A stretch of DNA of 63,311 bases, filler included, from Octopus bimaculoides (GCF_001194135.2; 5 parts of 5 records of this genome joined end to end with filler, not necessarily neighbours in it), one strand, 5' to 3'. Shown: positions 12,853-25,421, counted from the first letter of the whole stretch. Numbers and translations are program-made. The notes: a model not told the origin generated them from the letters alone.

Positions 12853-13605
12853 AGTGAGCTGGCAGAATCGTTAGCCAGTCGAGCAAAATGCTTTTCGTCC
12901 GTTTTTACGTTCTGAGTTCAAATTCACCGAGGTCGATTTGAGCTTTAACCCTTTCGGAGTTGACAATATAAATATCAGGCAAGCACTGGGGACGGTGTAA
13001 TTGAGTTAACCCCACCAAAGACAATTTCAGGTCCTATGCCTATAACAAATAATTCTACATAGCGGAATCGTTTGCACGCCGGACTAAATGCTTAACGGCA
13101 TTTCGTCCGTCTTTAAGTTCTGACTTCAAATTCCACCGAAGTCGACTTTTCCTTTCATCCTTTCCGGGTCGATAAATTAAGTACCAGCCCAAAGTGGTTG
13201 CCCTTGTGGCAAAATTTGAAACCATTATTATTATTATTATCATCCTCCTCCTCCTCATCATCATTATTATTATTATTATTATTATATTCAAATTCCGCCG
13301 AGGTCGACTTTGCCTTTCATCCTTTCTAGGTCGATAAATTAAGTACCAGTGAAACACTGGGTCGATGTAATCGCCTAGTCCCCTCCCCACTAAATCTGAG
13401 GCCTTGTGCCTCCAGTACAAAGAATTATTATTATTATTATTACGGAGGCAGCATGTTGGGAGAGCAGTTAGCGTGCCGGGCAGAATGCTTAACGGTTAGG
13501 GTTTAACCCTAATTTCATTCGTCTTTACGTTGTGAGTTCAAATTCCGCTGAGGGCGACTTTGCCTTTCACTCCTTCGAAATCGATAAATTAAGAACCAGT
13601 TGAAT
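12853..13605 (+). mobile_element. Head-to-tail cluster of about four SINE family B copies separated by (ATT)n tails
   Basis: Repeated GAGCTGGCAGAATCGTTAG / TTCAAATTCC(A/G)CCGA(A/G)GTCGACTTTGCCTTTCATCC / GTCGATAAATTAAGTACCAG blocks starting near 12855, 13057, 13288 and 13445. Confidence 0.85.
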
Positions 13606-13606
13606 A

Positions 13607-13845
13607 CTGCTGTACTCTTTTCAGTACAGCTTTCTCTCACACTTTCTTCCTGTTTCTGTTGTACCTTTATTTCAAAGGGGCCAGCTTTGTCACAGTCTGT
13701 GTCACGCTGAATCTCCTCCCCGAGAACTACGTTAAGGGCACACCTGTCTGTGGAGTGCTCAGCCAGTTGCACGTTAATTTCACGAGCAGGCTGTTCCGTT
13801 GATCGGATCAACTGGAACCCTCGTCGTCGTAACCGACGGAGTGCC
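13607..13845 (+). mobile_element. SINE family A 3' module fused directly behind a family B copy
   Basis: TGCTGTACTCTTT...GACGGAGTGCC is near-identical to the 3' two-thirds of the full copy at 51166-51550. Confidence 0.88.
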
Positions 13846-15126
13846 AATCGAGCAGTAGTAGTAGTAACGTTAGAGCACCGCACTAAATACCTTAAGTAAT
13901 CGAATTTTGTTTTATTTTCTATGGTGGGGTTTTGTTTTCTTCTCTATCTCCATGCCAGTCTTCAATCTCGCTGTTTTGCCCTGCAATAAAAATCGAGATT
14001 CTGCTTTAGTTTCGCCCGACTACATCGCTTACATGGACAAAATTGACTACCTCCTTGCGCCTGTTGGCCAAAAGATATTTATGTTTCTAGGACGATGACC
14101 AATTAAACGCGCGGAAAAACAAAAAAATTGTAACGCCAACTCGCGCATGCGTAACATGAACTCATTAATAAATGAATAAATTAAATAAAAGAAAGAGATA
14201 AATAAATGTTTTTATGTACAACAAACCGATTCCTTTCAGGAATCGAACAGATAAGAGAAATATGTCAAATCATTTGTTTTTATATACATCCTTAGGCCAT
14301 AAACTTTGTTTTGCGGCTGCTGATATGACTGCCAATAATTATAACATGATATCCAATGACATTTTATCACACTTTAGGGTAACATTGAGAAATAGAAACT
14401 GGTTTTTATTTGGTTTCACTAGCAACTACAAAAGTACTTCCCCACCTCTCACACACCCAACCACCCACCACCTCCACCACAAACACAATAACCTCGTCAC
14501 CACCACCACCGCCGCCACCGCCGCAGTCGCCGCCACCATCATTTCTGTCCATACTACAAAATAGCTGTAATTTTTGAGTTACCAGTCGTCCACTTTTATT
14601 TTCTCTGTTCGTATATTATCTGTCGTTTTATTTCCCGCTATTTTCTCGTTCCCTTGAGAAATGTAGAGAGAAAGAGAGGGAGAAAGGGAGAGTGAGGTGG
14701 GAGGAGAGAGAGAGAGGGTGTGCGTGGGGAGGATGTAGCGGGGGATGGGGTGAAAGAAGAAAGATATAGAGGGGAGAAACAGAGGTGGGTGGGTGAGTAA
14801 ATAGATGTAAGGAGCTGCAACGAATACTCTAGAAAAAGAAAAGAAGAGTCAGGAAAAGGAGGAAGAGGATGATAAATAATAATAATAATAATGATAATAA
14901 TAATAATGATATGAAGAAGAAGAAAGAGACAACATGTCATGTGATATTTAATATAATTCACGACATCTTTAGTTTCACTTTCGCATTAAACATAACAAGA
15001 AAATGTCGGAAAATGAGGAAGGCGCAGGTTGGCGCTATTACTGTAAACCGCGTACAATGTTCACTGACAGACGTTCTATCGGTGGCTGCCATAAAATATA
15101 TCAACACAAGCACACTGGTACACACT

Positions 15127-15171
<45 letters not shown>

Positions 15172-15315
15172 NNNNNNNNNNNNNNNNNNNNNNNNNNNNN
15201 NNNNNNNNNNNNNNNNNNNNNNNNNNNNNNNNNNNNNNNNNNNNNNNNNNNNNNNNNNNNNNNNNNNNNNNTATATATATATACATATACATATATATAT
15301 ACATATATATATAGG

Positions 15316-15347
<32 letters not shown>

Positions 15348-15690
15348 AAGAGAGGGAAGAGAGAGAAACTAATACACACTCCCATATATAAATATGCATT
15401 CGAGAAAATTGAAGAAAGGGTGCATAACTGGCATTCTTCATACGCTTAAATTAAACACATTATATATTGTACATTCGGAAATCTAATTATAAACACGCTG
15501 TGGATAATTCCAAACTTATTTGACATCAATTGCCTTTTCAATTATTATCTTTTATATATAGAAAGTAGATTCAATGTTGTTACAAGATTTGACGAGACGG
15601 TGAAACTAACAGTTGCAATACATTTAGTGTTTAAAACAGTCTTTAAACATATTGAACTATACGGTATTGCACTTAGTTCTATAAAGTTTA

Positions 15691-15741
<51 letters not shown>

Positions 15742-16162
15742 TGTGGAGATATAGTAAAAACAATTTTATATTAAACCAAAGTATTAATACTTCTTAGAGA
15801 CAACGGAGATTTCCAAGATATTATCCCCGCTCTAATTTATACATTTATGCTGTTGTACAGAGAAAGTTGTAACGAATTCTCCATGTATATATCTTCGTGG
15901 TTTACTATGCAATCTTTCCTGAGTCAATTAAAAACCTGTCACCGAAATACCTGTGTTTATATATATATATATAGACAGCAGTTTGCAATGTTTTACCAAA
16001 AAGGAAAACTATAATTGTTACTAAATATGACTAGGGTGTTAGAACCACCTACATTGCTAGAAATAAGAGCTAAGATACTCGAATGCTGTAGTCAGAGCAC
16101 AATTGCATATTTATGTACTGACAGGGACTGTAATTGCCCAAAAACACCGATCGAGAGTTCCT

Positions 16163-16212
16163 TATAATGACCGGTCAGTTTCGGCAATTTCCGTTGCCTC
16201 ATCAGCATTATA
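16163..16212 (-). ncRNA. Type I hammerhead ribozyme motif, core intact
   Basis: Minus strand reads UAUAAUG-CUGAUGA-GGCAA(CGGAAA)UUGCC-GAAA-CU(GACC)G-GUC-AUUAUA: both core segments, a 5-bp stem II, a short stem III, a GUC triplet and a 6-bp stem I with one extra G next to C3. Confidence 0.75.
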
Positions 16213-16377
16213 GCTCTTACGTCTAGCAATGTAGGTATTTCTAACTCACTTGTCATAGTGTTAAACACTTTCGGTATGCAAACTAAGGACTCCTTCATAG
16301 ATTAACTGCTACATTTGTTGAGTATATAAACAGTTTGGCTGCTTGTTTCTCTGGAGTCTGTCAGAATGATGTAGACG

Positions 16378-16417
16378 TCTCTGATGAAAACCCAATAAGG
16401 TTCAAAAATCGATTAAG
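16378..16417 (+). ncRNA. Degenerate minimal type I hammerhead
   Basis: CTGATGA-A-AACC(CAATAA)GGTT-C-AAAA-A(TCGA)TT-A-AG: G12 appears replaced by A (CpG-type change); palindromic TCGA loop in stem III. Confidence 0.45.
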
Positions 16418-17021
16418 CTTGTTAGCTTGTTCATCATTTTTATCAGTCTGCGGAGAAATGGCTTAAATTTGCCCTGTTTATAATTATATATATTTGGCCG
16501 ATGGTGCCTTCGAATCGTGACATTTGGTGAAGCAAATGGTCTATTAGATATGTCAATATATTATGCCATGCATTACATAACGTATGAATTGCCTAACAGT
16601 GTATGAGATGCAGAATACAAATATTGTCCGTTTACGGAAACAATTGCAATATCAGTTTGACCTATTTCCTCATTTGAATTATTCTTTATATATATATATA
16701 TATTTGTAGGTCATTATAATATGCTGTATATATTTATAAAGTAAATTTTATGGACGTAAGAGTCTCCATAATCTTAATTATTATTAATATTAATTATATA
16801 CTCCAGGCAATTTTTACTCTCCAACGAAGCGAACAAAGAATTACCCATCTGAAGAATTCACCGAGTGACTAACATCTAAGCATGCTCACAGACGAAAGAT
16901 AGTGATCTTAGTAGTTAGCCCTTACCTGGAACTTAACTGAGGACTAATACTGTATCCACTAGGATAATATATCCCCCAAACTCACTTATATACATACATA
17001 CATGCATACATATATATACAT

Positions 17022-17052
<31 letters not shown>

Positions 17053-17919
17053 CACATATATATATATACACACACACATATATATATATACACACACACA
17101 TATATATATATACACACACACATATATATATATATATATATNNNNNNNNNNNNNNNNNNNNNNNNNNNNNNNNNNNNNNNNNNNNNNNNNNNNNNNNNNN
17201 NNNNNNNNNNNNNNNNNNNNNNNNNNNNNNNNNNNNNNNNNNNNNNNNNNNNNNNNNNNNNNNNNNNNNNNNNNNNNNNNNNNNNNNNNNNNNNNNNNNN
17301 NNNNNNNNNNNNNNNNNNNNNNNNNNNNNNNNNNNNNNNNNNNNNNNNNNNNNNNNNNNNNNNNNNNNNNNNNNNNNNNNNNNNNNNNNNNNNNNNNNNN
17401 NNNNNNNNNNNNNNNNNNNNNNNNNNNNNNNNNNNNNNNNNNNNNNNNNNNNNNNNNNNNNNNNNNNNNNNNNNNNNNNNNNNNNNNNNNNNNNNNNNNN
17501 NNNNNNNNNNNNNNNNNNNNNNNNNNNNNNNNNNNNNNNNNNNNNNNNNNNNNNNNNNNNNNNNNNNNNNNNNNNNNNNNNNNNNNNNNNNNNNNNNNNN
17601 NNNNNNNNNNNNNNNNNNNNNNNNNNNNNNNNNNNNNNNNNNNNNNNNNNNNNNNNNNNNNNNNNNNNNNNNNNNNNNNNNNNNNNNNNNNNNNNNNNNN
17701 NNNNNNNNNNNNNNNNNNNNNNNNNNNNNNNNNNNNNNNNNNNNNNNNNNNNNNNNNNNNNNNNNNNNNNNNNNNNNNNNNNNNNNNNNNNNNNNNNNNN
17801 NNNNNNNNNNNNNNNNNNNNNNNNNNNNNNNNNNNNNNNNNNNNNNNNNNNNNNNNNNNNNNNNNNNNNNNNNNNNNNNNNNNNNNNNNNNNNNNNNNNN
17901 NNNNNNNNNNNNNNNNNNN

Positions 17920-17971
<52 letters not shown>

Positions 17972-18903
17972 GTATATATATGTATATATGTGTGCATGTA
18001 TATATATATGTATATATATATGTGAGTATATATATTTGTGTAAGTATGTGTGTATGCATGTGTGTGTGTTTGTATATCTTTCAATTTACCAATCCTTTTA
18101 TCCTTATTCTCTTTCTTTCAAATTCTGTCTGACCTTCTTTCCTTGTTGCCATTTTTCATTAAAACTTCCTTTCATATACCTCCTACTACCTCACACCTCC
18201 TACTCTCTCTCTCTCTCTCTCTCTCTCTCCCCCCATCGCCCCTCTATCTTTCTTTCTCCCTCTCTCTCACATTTTTTGTTTCTCTTTTCCCCCTCTTCCC
18301 TTCCGCCCTCTCTCTCCAGATATGTATATATCCCTACAAATTCTCTTCACACTGGAGAGCCGGATGTCAGAATGGTAACTAACTCAAGCAAAGCAACGCG
18401 AATCCTACCTCTCAGCCTCAACAATGCTATCGATTCACATATGACCAATTATGCTAATGTTCTTCCGAATGATCGATCTCCTAAAGTGTCCTCTTAATCT
18501 GTATTATTAAGCTAGCAATGGGTTATAGCCACGTGTAGGATTAGGAGCGCTCAAATGTTTGTTTGGACATGGACAACCTAACGCTTTCAAATGCCTTTCT
18601 ACATGTGTACGCAGCTAATCATACAGAAATAAGCACACAGATCCGAGTATATAATGCATACACGCACATAAACGCACACACACATACATATATATGTATA
18701 GACACTTCTGTACACACACATACATACAGGCACACACTTGTTTGTGTGTTTGTTATTTATAAACATATAGATGTATGCAAATATTTACACGTAAATGTTA
18801 AACACGCACTCACACACACACAAATACATACGGGTCTTATGCTGCAGACAGACATACAGATAGACAGCCAGACAGACATACAGATAGACAGCCAGACAGA
18901 CAA

Positions 18904-18948
<45 letters not shown>

Positions 18949-19206
18949 NNNNNNNNNNNNNNNNNNNNNNNNNNNNNNNNNNNNNNNNNNNNNNNNNNNN
19001 NNNNNNNNNNNNNNNNNNNNNNNNNNNNNNNNNNNNNNNNNNNNNNNNNNNNNNNNNNNNNNNNNNNNNATAGATGTATGCAAATATTTACACGTAAATG
19101 TTAAACACGCACTCACACACACACAAATACATACGGGTCTTATGCTGCAGACAGACATACAGATAGACAGCCAGACAGACATACAGATAGACAGCCAGAC
19201 AGACAA

Positions 19207-19251
<45 letters not shown>

Positions 19252-19344
19252 CGCAATGAAAAGCCTTTTACGGGTTCGAATATCTATATTTGAGCTAGAC
19301 TTAAACACATTTTTATTCTCTGTTATTGCTTCGCATCTTCTCAC

Positions 19345-19428
<84 letters not shown>

Positions 19429-19442
19429 ATATACAATTGGCA

Positions 19443-19745
19443 ATCCGTCGGTTACGACGACGAGGGTTTCAGTTGATCCGATCAACGGAACAGCCTGCTC
19501 GTGAAATTAACGTGCAAGTGGCTGAGCACTCCACAGATACGTGCATCCTTAACGTAGTTCTTAAAATGATTCCACCTGGCACAGAGTGTAACATGGCTGG
19601 CCCCTTGAATTACAGGTACTATTCATCTTTGCCAACTGTGGGGACTGAAGCAACATGAAATAAAGTCTCTTGCTCAAGGACACAACGCGTCACGGGATTT
19701 CGAACCCACGACCTTACGATCGTGATTCGCATAAAGTAACCGCCA
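19443..19745 (-). mobile_element. SINE family A, head type 2
   Basis: Near-identical in layout to 12-352 and to the reverse complement of 22291-22609. Confidence 0.88.
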
Positions 19746-20122
19746 AGCCACGCGCTTTAACTATATATAAAACCGTTAGTCCAACAAAATATATTTCGTA
19801 AGAAGAAGAAGAAGAAGAAGAAGGAAGGTAGGTTACAGCAAACATTGTGCTCAATATTACAGATTTGCTTGTCATTTGTTTGACCTTAACCAGTTGAGCA
19901 TGTCCCTTGGTGGCTGACGATATGTGCATCTCTGATCACGAGCAGAAGTAGTGGGGGAGCATCATAGCCATGTGTTGAGAGGAATTCGTTGAGGTTTGGA
20001 CAATTCGCCTTTGGAAACATGGGTGATTCGTTCAACATTCTTAAACAATCCTTATTCAGGAACCTTTTGAGCGGGAAGGGCTACTCGACCTGAAGAAAAT
20101 TCTAACTGGGCCCCACCGTCAT

Positions 20123-20248
20123 GTCGCACACATATGGTTGTGATGCATGTGCTTGGTGTACCCTTATCAGACGGGTAGTCATGATGGGTATACTGGGCTT
20201 CGGATATTTGTACCCCAGTGTCACTTTGATGGTATGCACTGCTCTCTC
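20123..20248 (-). repeat. Dispersed repeat (second copy at 30795-30915 in opposite orientation)
   Basis: CCATCAAAGTGACACTGGGGTACA...ACCCG...AAGGGTACA...GCGACA is shared between the two loci as reverse complements. Confidence 0.8.
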
Positions 20249-20255
20249 ACTGAAC

Positions 20256-20286
<31 letters not shown>

Positions 20287-20324
20287 GTTTCAAATGTTGG
20301 CCAGAGGAAAGGAGTGTGTCGATA

Positions 20325-20470
20325 ATAATGACCCTAGTGCTCAACTGGTGGTACTCATTACATCAAGTCCGAAAGGATGAGCTGCAAAGATGACCTCAGG
20401 TGAATTTGAACTCAGAACATTAAACACGGACGAAATGCTGCCAAACATTAAATCCTGCTCGGTAATGCTT
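20325..20470 (-). mobile_element. SINE family B, degenerate
   Basis: Reverse complement of the family B core (GACCTCAGGTGAATTTGAACTCAGAACATTAAACACGGACGAAATGC). Confidence 0.7.
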
Positions 20471-20568
20471 CTGCCTGGTCGTCGACCTCATAATAACAAC
20501 AACAACAACAATATTATATATATATATATATACATGTATATATACGTGTGTGTGTGTATATGTGTATG

Positions 20569-20601
<33 letters not shown>

Positions 20602-20615
20602 ANNNNNNNNNNATG

Positions 20616-20660
<45 letters not shown>

Positions 20661-22194
20661 GTCTGTATGTATGTATTTATGGTCTCTTATATGTATGTAT
20701 TCATATATGTACGAATGATACAGCGAGAGAGAAAATACACACAGGGATGTACGAATTCAACTGCACACTTATACACACGCGTTTGCATACAAGCGAACTG
20801 TGTGTGCAGTCAGAGGGTAAACACACATACATTCGCATTATATATACACACGTACATATACGCACCGTGTTTGTAAACGAGGCAACTATGTGTAATCAGA
20901 TGGCAAACTCGTAAAAATCAAGATATCATTACAATGGAGAAGGTTAAAAGACTCGCCACATCGAAACAGTAATAATGTTACTACTACTACTACTACTACT
21001 ACTGATACTAAATAATATTAATAAGAATAATAATAATAATGACAATAAAGTGAATAAACAAATTGTATGCATGGTGTCTCCCCAGAGACTCGAATCGTAT
21101 TCATGGGCAAATTTTAATTTAAACTCTGCATCGGCCATTTTGAAACAGTAATTTCTTATTACTGTTGGGAATTCCATCTACAATTCTCTCTCTCTCTCTC
21201 TCTCCTTTTCTCTCCCTCTTTCTCTCTTTCTCCCTCTCTCTCTCTCTCCTTCTCTCTCTCTATACCATTCTATCGTCGTCACCGTCAACACAGCAACCAC
21301 GGCCATCATCATCATCATCATCATCAAGAACATCATCATCATCATCTTTATCGTCATCATCACCACATCCTTCAGCTTCATCCTGCAAGTAATTAGCATA
21401 ACCTATGACATCATCATCACCATCATCATAATCCTCGTCATCAGCAACGTCACCAACATCATCGTCTTCACAACAAACATCATCCTCATTTTCATCATCA
21501 TAATCATTAGCATAATCAATGACGTCATCATCATCATCATCATCCTCATCATCATCATCATCACCACCATCATTATAATCGTTGTCGTCCTCGCAATCAG
21601 CATTTCAAAATTGTCCAGGNNNNNNNNNNNNNNNNNNNNNNNNNNNNNNNNNNNNNNNNNNNNNNNNNNNNNNNNNNNNNNNNNNNNNNNNNNNNNNNNN
21701 NNNNNNNNNNNNNNNNNNNNNNNNNNNNNNNNNNNNNNNNNNNNNNNNNNNNNNNNNNNNNNNNNNNNNNNNNNNNNNNNNNNNNNNNNNNNNNNNNNNN
21801 NNNNNNNNNNNNNNNNNNNNNNNNNNNNNNNNNNNNNNNNNNNNNNNNNNNNNNNNNNNNNNNNNNNNNNNNNNNNNNNNNNNNNNNNNNNNNNNNNNNN
21901 NNNNNNNNCCTTGGCAAACAGGACACAGTCGTGTGTCGATAAGCCAGCTGGAGGAGATGTCCTCCTGGGGCTAAAAGCAACAGTAACATCCACCCCTAGG
22001 GGTCAGCCACACTTAAGTGGCAATATACTACACTATATATATATATATATAGGCACAGCTGTGTGGCAAGAAGCTTGCTTACCAACCACACGGTTCCTGA
22101 TTCAGACCCACTGCGTGGGAGATGTCTTTTACTATAGCCTCGAACCGTGCAAAGAAATATGATAATTTGACGCTCGGTGAAAGGAGAGAGTTGT

Positions 22195-22228
22195 TACCGT
22201 TTCGAGCATTGCTCTTCGTCGGAAAGAG
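22195..22228 (-). ncRNA. Degenerate minimal hammerhead (PLE-type)
   Basis: Minus strand CTTT-CCGACGA-A-GAGC(AAT)GCTC-GAAA-CG-GTA: perfect stem II, U4-to-C change in the core, stem I partly lost. Confidence 0.5.
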
Positions 22229-22290
22229 AAAAGCCTAAAGAGGAAGAAAGAAATGTAAGGAAACTTCGCCAATAATACACGTACGAGTAA

Positions 22291-22609
22291 AGGCGCGTAG
22301 CATAGTGGTTAGGGTATAGGCTTCAAGATCGTAAGGGCGTGAGTTCGATTCTCGACGGCGCGTTATGTCTTTTTGAGCAAAATGCTTTATTTCTTGTTGC
22401 TCCTGTTCACAATGCTGGCAAAAGTGAGCTATACCTGTAATTCAAACGGACCAGCCTTGTCACAATCTATGTCACACTGAATCTCTCTGAAAACTACGTT
22501 AATGTTACGCATGTCTGTGGAGTTCTCAGTCACTTGCACGTTAATTTCGCAAGCAGACTGTTCCGTTGATCGAATCAGCTGGAATACTCGTCGTCGTAAA
22601 CGACGGAGA
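22291..22609 (+). mobile_element. SINE family A, head type 2
   Basis: GGCGCGTAGCATAGTGGTTAG (A box)...GAGTTCGATTCTC (B box), then the shared family A 3' module ending CGTCGTCGTAAACGACGGAG. Confidence 0.85.
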
Positions 22610-22940
22610 AACGGGTCATATGTACGTACGTATGTATGTATGTATATATATGGTGAAGCATACCACTGAATATCTGTATGTTTGTGTGTGTGTATATAGA
22701 TATGTATGTAAATATGTATATATGTGTATATATGTGTGTATATGTATGCGTACATGAATGTGCATGTGGATATGTATTTGCATATGTATATATGTATTTG
22801 GCATATATGTGTGTGCGCGTGTGTGTAAATGTATGTGTAGATGTGTCTAAGGTGGTGGTGGTGTTGGTGGTTGTGTGGATATTCATACACCATACACCTA
22901 TAAAACTACAACACTACCATCATCATCAACCCCATCCCCG

Positions 22941-22985
<45 letters not shown>

Positions 22986-24149
22986 ACCACACCACCACTA
23001 TGTCACTCCTAAACACCACGCCACCACAGGAGTGCACTACCATTCTGTCACACAACACACACCACAGCTACATCGCCGCACCACATCACCCGTCTAGACC
23101 ACACCGCCTTCACATTGCAGTACTAAACTCAGCCAAATCCACCACCACCGCCACCACCACCACCGCCACCNNNNNNNNNNNNNNNNNNNNNNNNNNNNNN
23201 NNNNNNNNNNNNNNNNNNNNNNNNNNNNNNNNNNNNNNNNNNNNNNNNNNNNNNNNNNNNNNNNNNNNNNNNNNNNNNNNNNNNNNNNNNNNNNNNNNNN
23301 NNNNNNNNNNNNNNNNNNNNNNNNNNNNNNNNNNNNNNNNNNNNNNNNNNNNNNNNNNNNNNNNNNNNNNNNNNNNNNNNNNNNNNNNNNNNNNNNNNNN
23401 NNNNNNNNNNNNNNNNNNNNNNNNNNNNNNNNNNNNNNNNNNNNNNNNNNNNNNNNNNNNNNNNNNNNNNNNNNNNNNNCCACCACCGCCGCCGAGACAC
23501 TACCACCACAACCGCTACCACCACTACCACTACCACCACCACCACCACCACCACCACCAGTGGCGATGCCATGTTTCCCCGCCGCCACAGCCAGCAACGC
23601 TTCCATGTCTCATCACAGATATATTGCCACCTTCACGACCATAACCACCACCGCCATCGCCAACGACACCATGTCCCACCACCGCCATTGCTGCCAACAA
23701 CAACAACAACAACAACAACCCTGCCGTGTCTTAACCGCCATGTTGATAGTAGGAGGTCAAACGGGGTTAACGTTATCGTTTCTCCAAGGTCGAGGTCATT
23801 GGTCGTACGATGTAAAAGATGAATTAAAATGCATCTGTTAATGGAGACAGAATGCTGTGTGTGTGTATGTGTGTATGTGTGTATGTGTGTATGTGTGTGT
23901 GTGTGTGTGTGTTTAATACGTATGTGTGTGTCGGGAGGGGGGTACGCGTAGAATTTGGACGTGTGTGAGTGGGGAGAGGGGATTACGTACGGAATACGTA
24001 TATTTGTGTGTGTAATTATGCGTTGAATACATATATGTATGTAGGTGTGTGTATGTGTGTAAATAAATTTGTGTAAGTAAATATATGTGCGTATATATGC
24101 ATAGGTATATGTGTATATACATATATATATATATGTATGCGTATATAAT

Positions 24150-24184
<35 letters not shown>

Positions 24185-24814
24185 ATGCATATATACTTGT
24201 ATGTATGTATGTTTGTGTGTANNNNNNNNNNNNNNNNNNNNNNNNNNNNNNNNNNNNNNNNNNNNNNNNNNNNNNNNNNNNNNNNNNNNNNNNNNNNNNN
24301 NNNNNNNNNNNNNNNNNNNNNNNNNNNNNNNNNNNNNNNNNNNNNNNNNNNNNNNNNNNNNNNNNNNNNNNNNNNNNNNTATGTATATATACATACATAA
24401 TATATATCCATACATACATATATCCATATATATATACAAATATGTCTATGTATGTGTATATACGTCTGTATGTATATGTGTATAAATATATGTATGTATA
24501 TTATGTACCTGTTTGGTGTGCGAATGTGTGTGTGTGTACGAGTGTAGGGATGTGCACGTGCTATTCATTTCGAATACTTGTGTGTTGTGTCTATTTGAAA
24601 GACAAAGGAAGGTGAGAAGAGAAGAGAGTCGGGTGTTAACTGATTACATTTGTCTTTATTCGGAGAATATTAATCTGAGTGCATGTATGTGTGTGTCTGT
24701 GTGTCTTAAATCACTATCTGTCTATCTAATTATCTATCTAATTATCTATCTAACTAACTATCTATCTATTTATCAATCTATCTACCTATCTATCTATGTA
24801 TTCATAAATAGAAG

Positions 24815-24862
24815 GTCTTACAGCTGTTTCCGGGATAGTTTATATATCCCTTCATCGGAGAC
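24815..24862 (-). ncRNA. Minimal type I hammerhead with palindromic stem III loop (one core substitution)
   Basis: Minus strand GUCU-CCGAUGA-A-GGGAUA(UAUAAAC)UAUCCC-G-GAAA-C(AGCU)G-UA-AGAC: 4-bp stem I in register, 6-bp stem II, GUA triplet, U4-to-C change. Confidence 0.7.
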
Positions 24863-25421
24863 GGTGCAAGAAAATGGTTAAGCAATTGTTATTCTAGAGA
24901 AGATACGAAATAGAGAGTGAAGTGGAAGAATGAAGACAGACGTGAGATATGCAGGGATATTGCATTTGTAGTTCCATTATTTTGGCAGAATGGTATACAT
25001 ATACGATTCCGGTTCCTTGTGAGTAAGTACCAATAGTATTTAAAATTGGTCAAGCATAGAATTTGTAAACGGTGTTATTATTAACACACGCATACGCACA
25101 TGCACATAACGATGCATAAAAAACATTAGTGTGTGTGTGTGTGTGTGTGTGTGGTGTCTGTGAGCGTTCGCTTGTATAAATAGCACTCACTCGATTACCC
25201 TGCGACAATTTCCAGTCTTGTAGAATAATCAGTCATATATCATTTGTCAGACAAAATTCATACATCATCTGTTAGTCACAGCATTGCGTAGACTAGTTAG
25301 TGACGCCATATCATCTGTTAGCCATATTCATGTGTTCTCCGTTGTGTGATTACGACAAACTAGAGCTTAACAGGGAAAGAGATTCCCTAACTATATCGTT
25401 ATTGTCATCATCAGTCAGATG

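Noticed and set aside
16919-16930. CTTACCTGG resembling the U1 snRNA 5' end
   Set aside because: No further U1 sequence or Sm site follows.
23000-23841. His/Pro/Thr-rich ORFs with an ITDIL string as Nkx6 exon 1 (EH1 motif)
   Set aside because: The context does not match TPHGIxDILS, the frame stops without a phase-1 donor, and the region is CCA/CAA low complexity.
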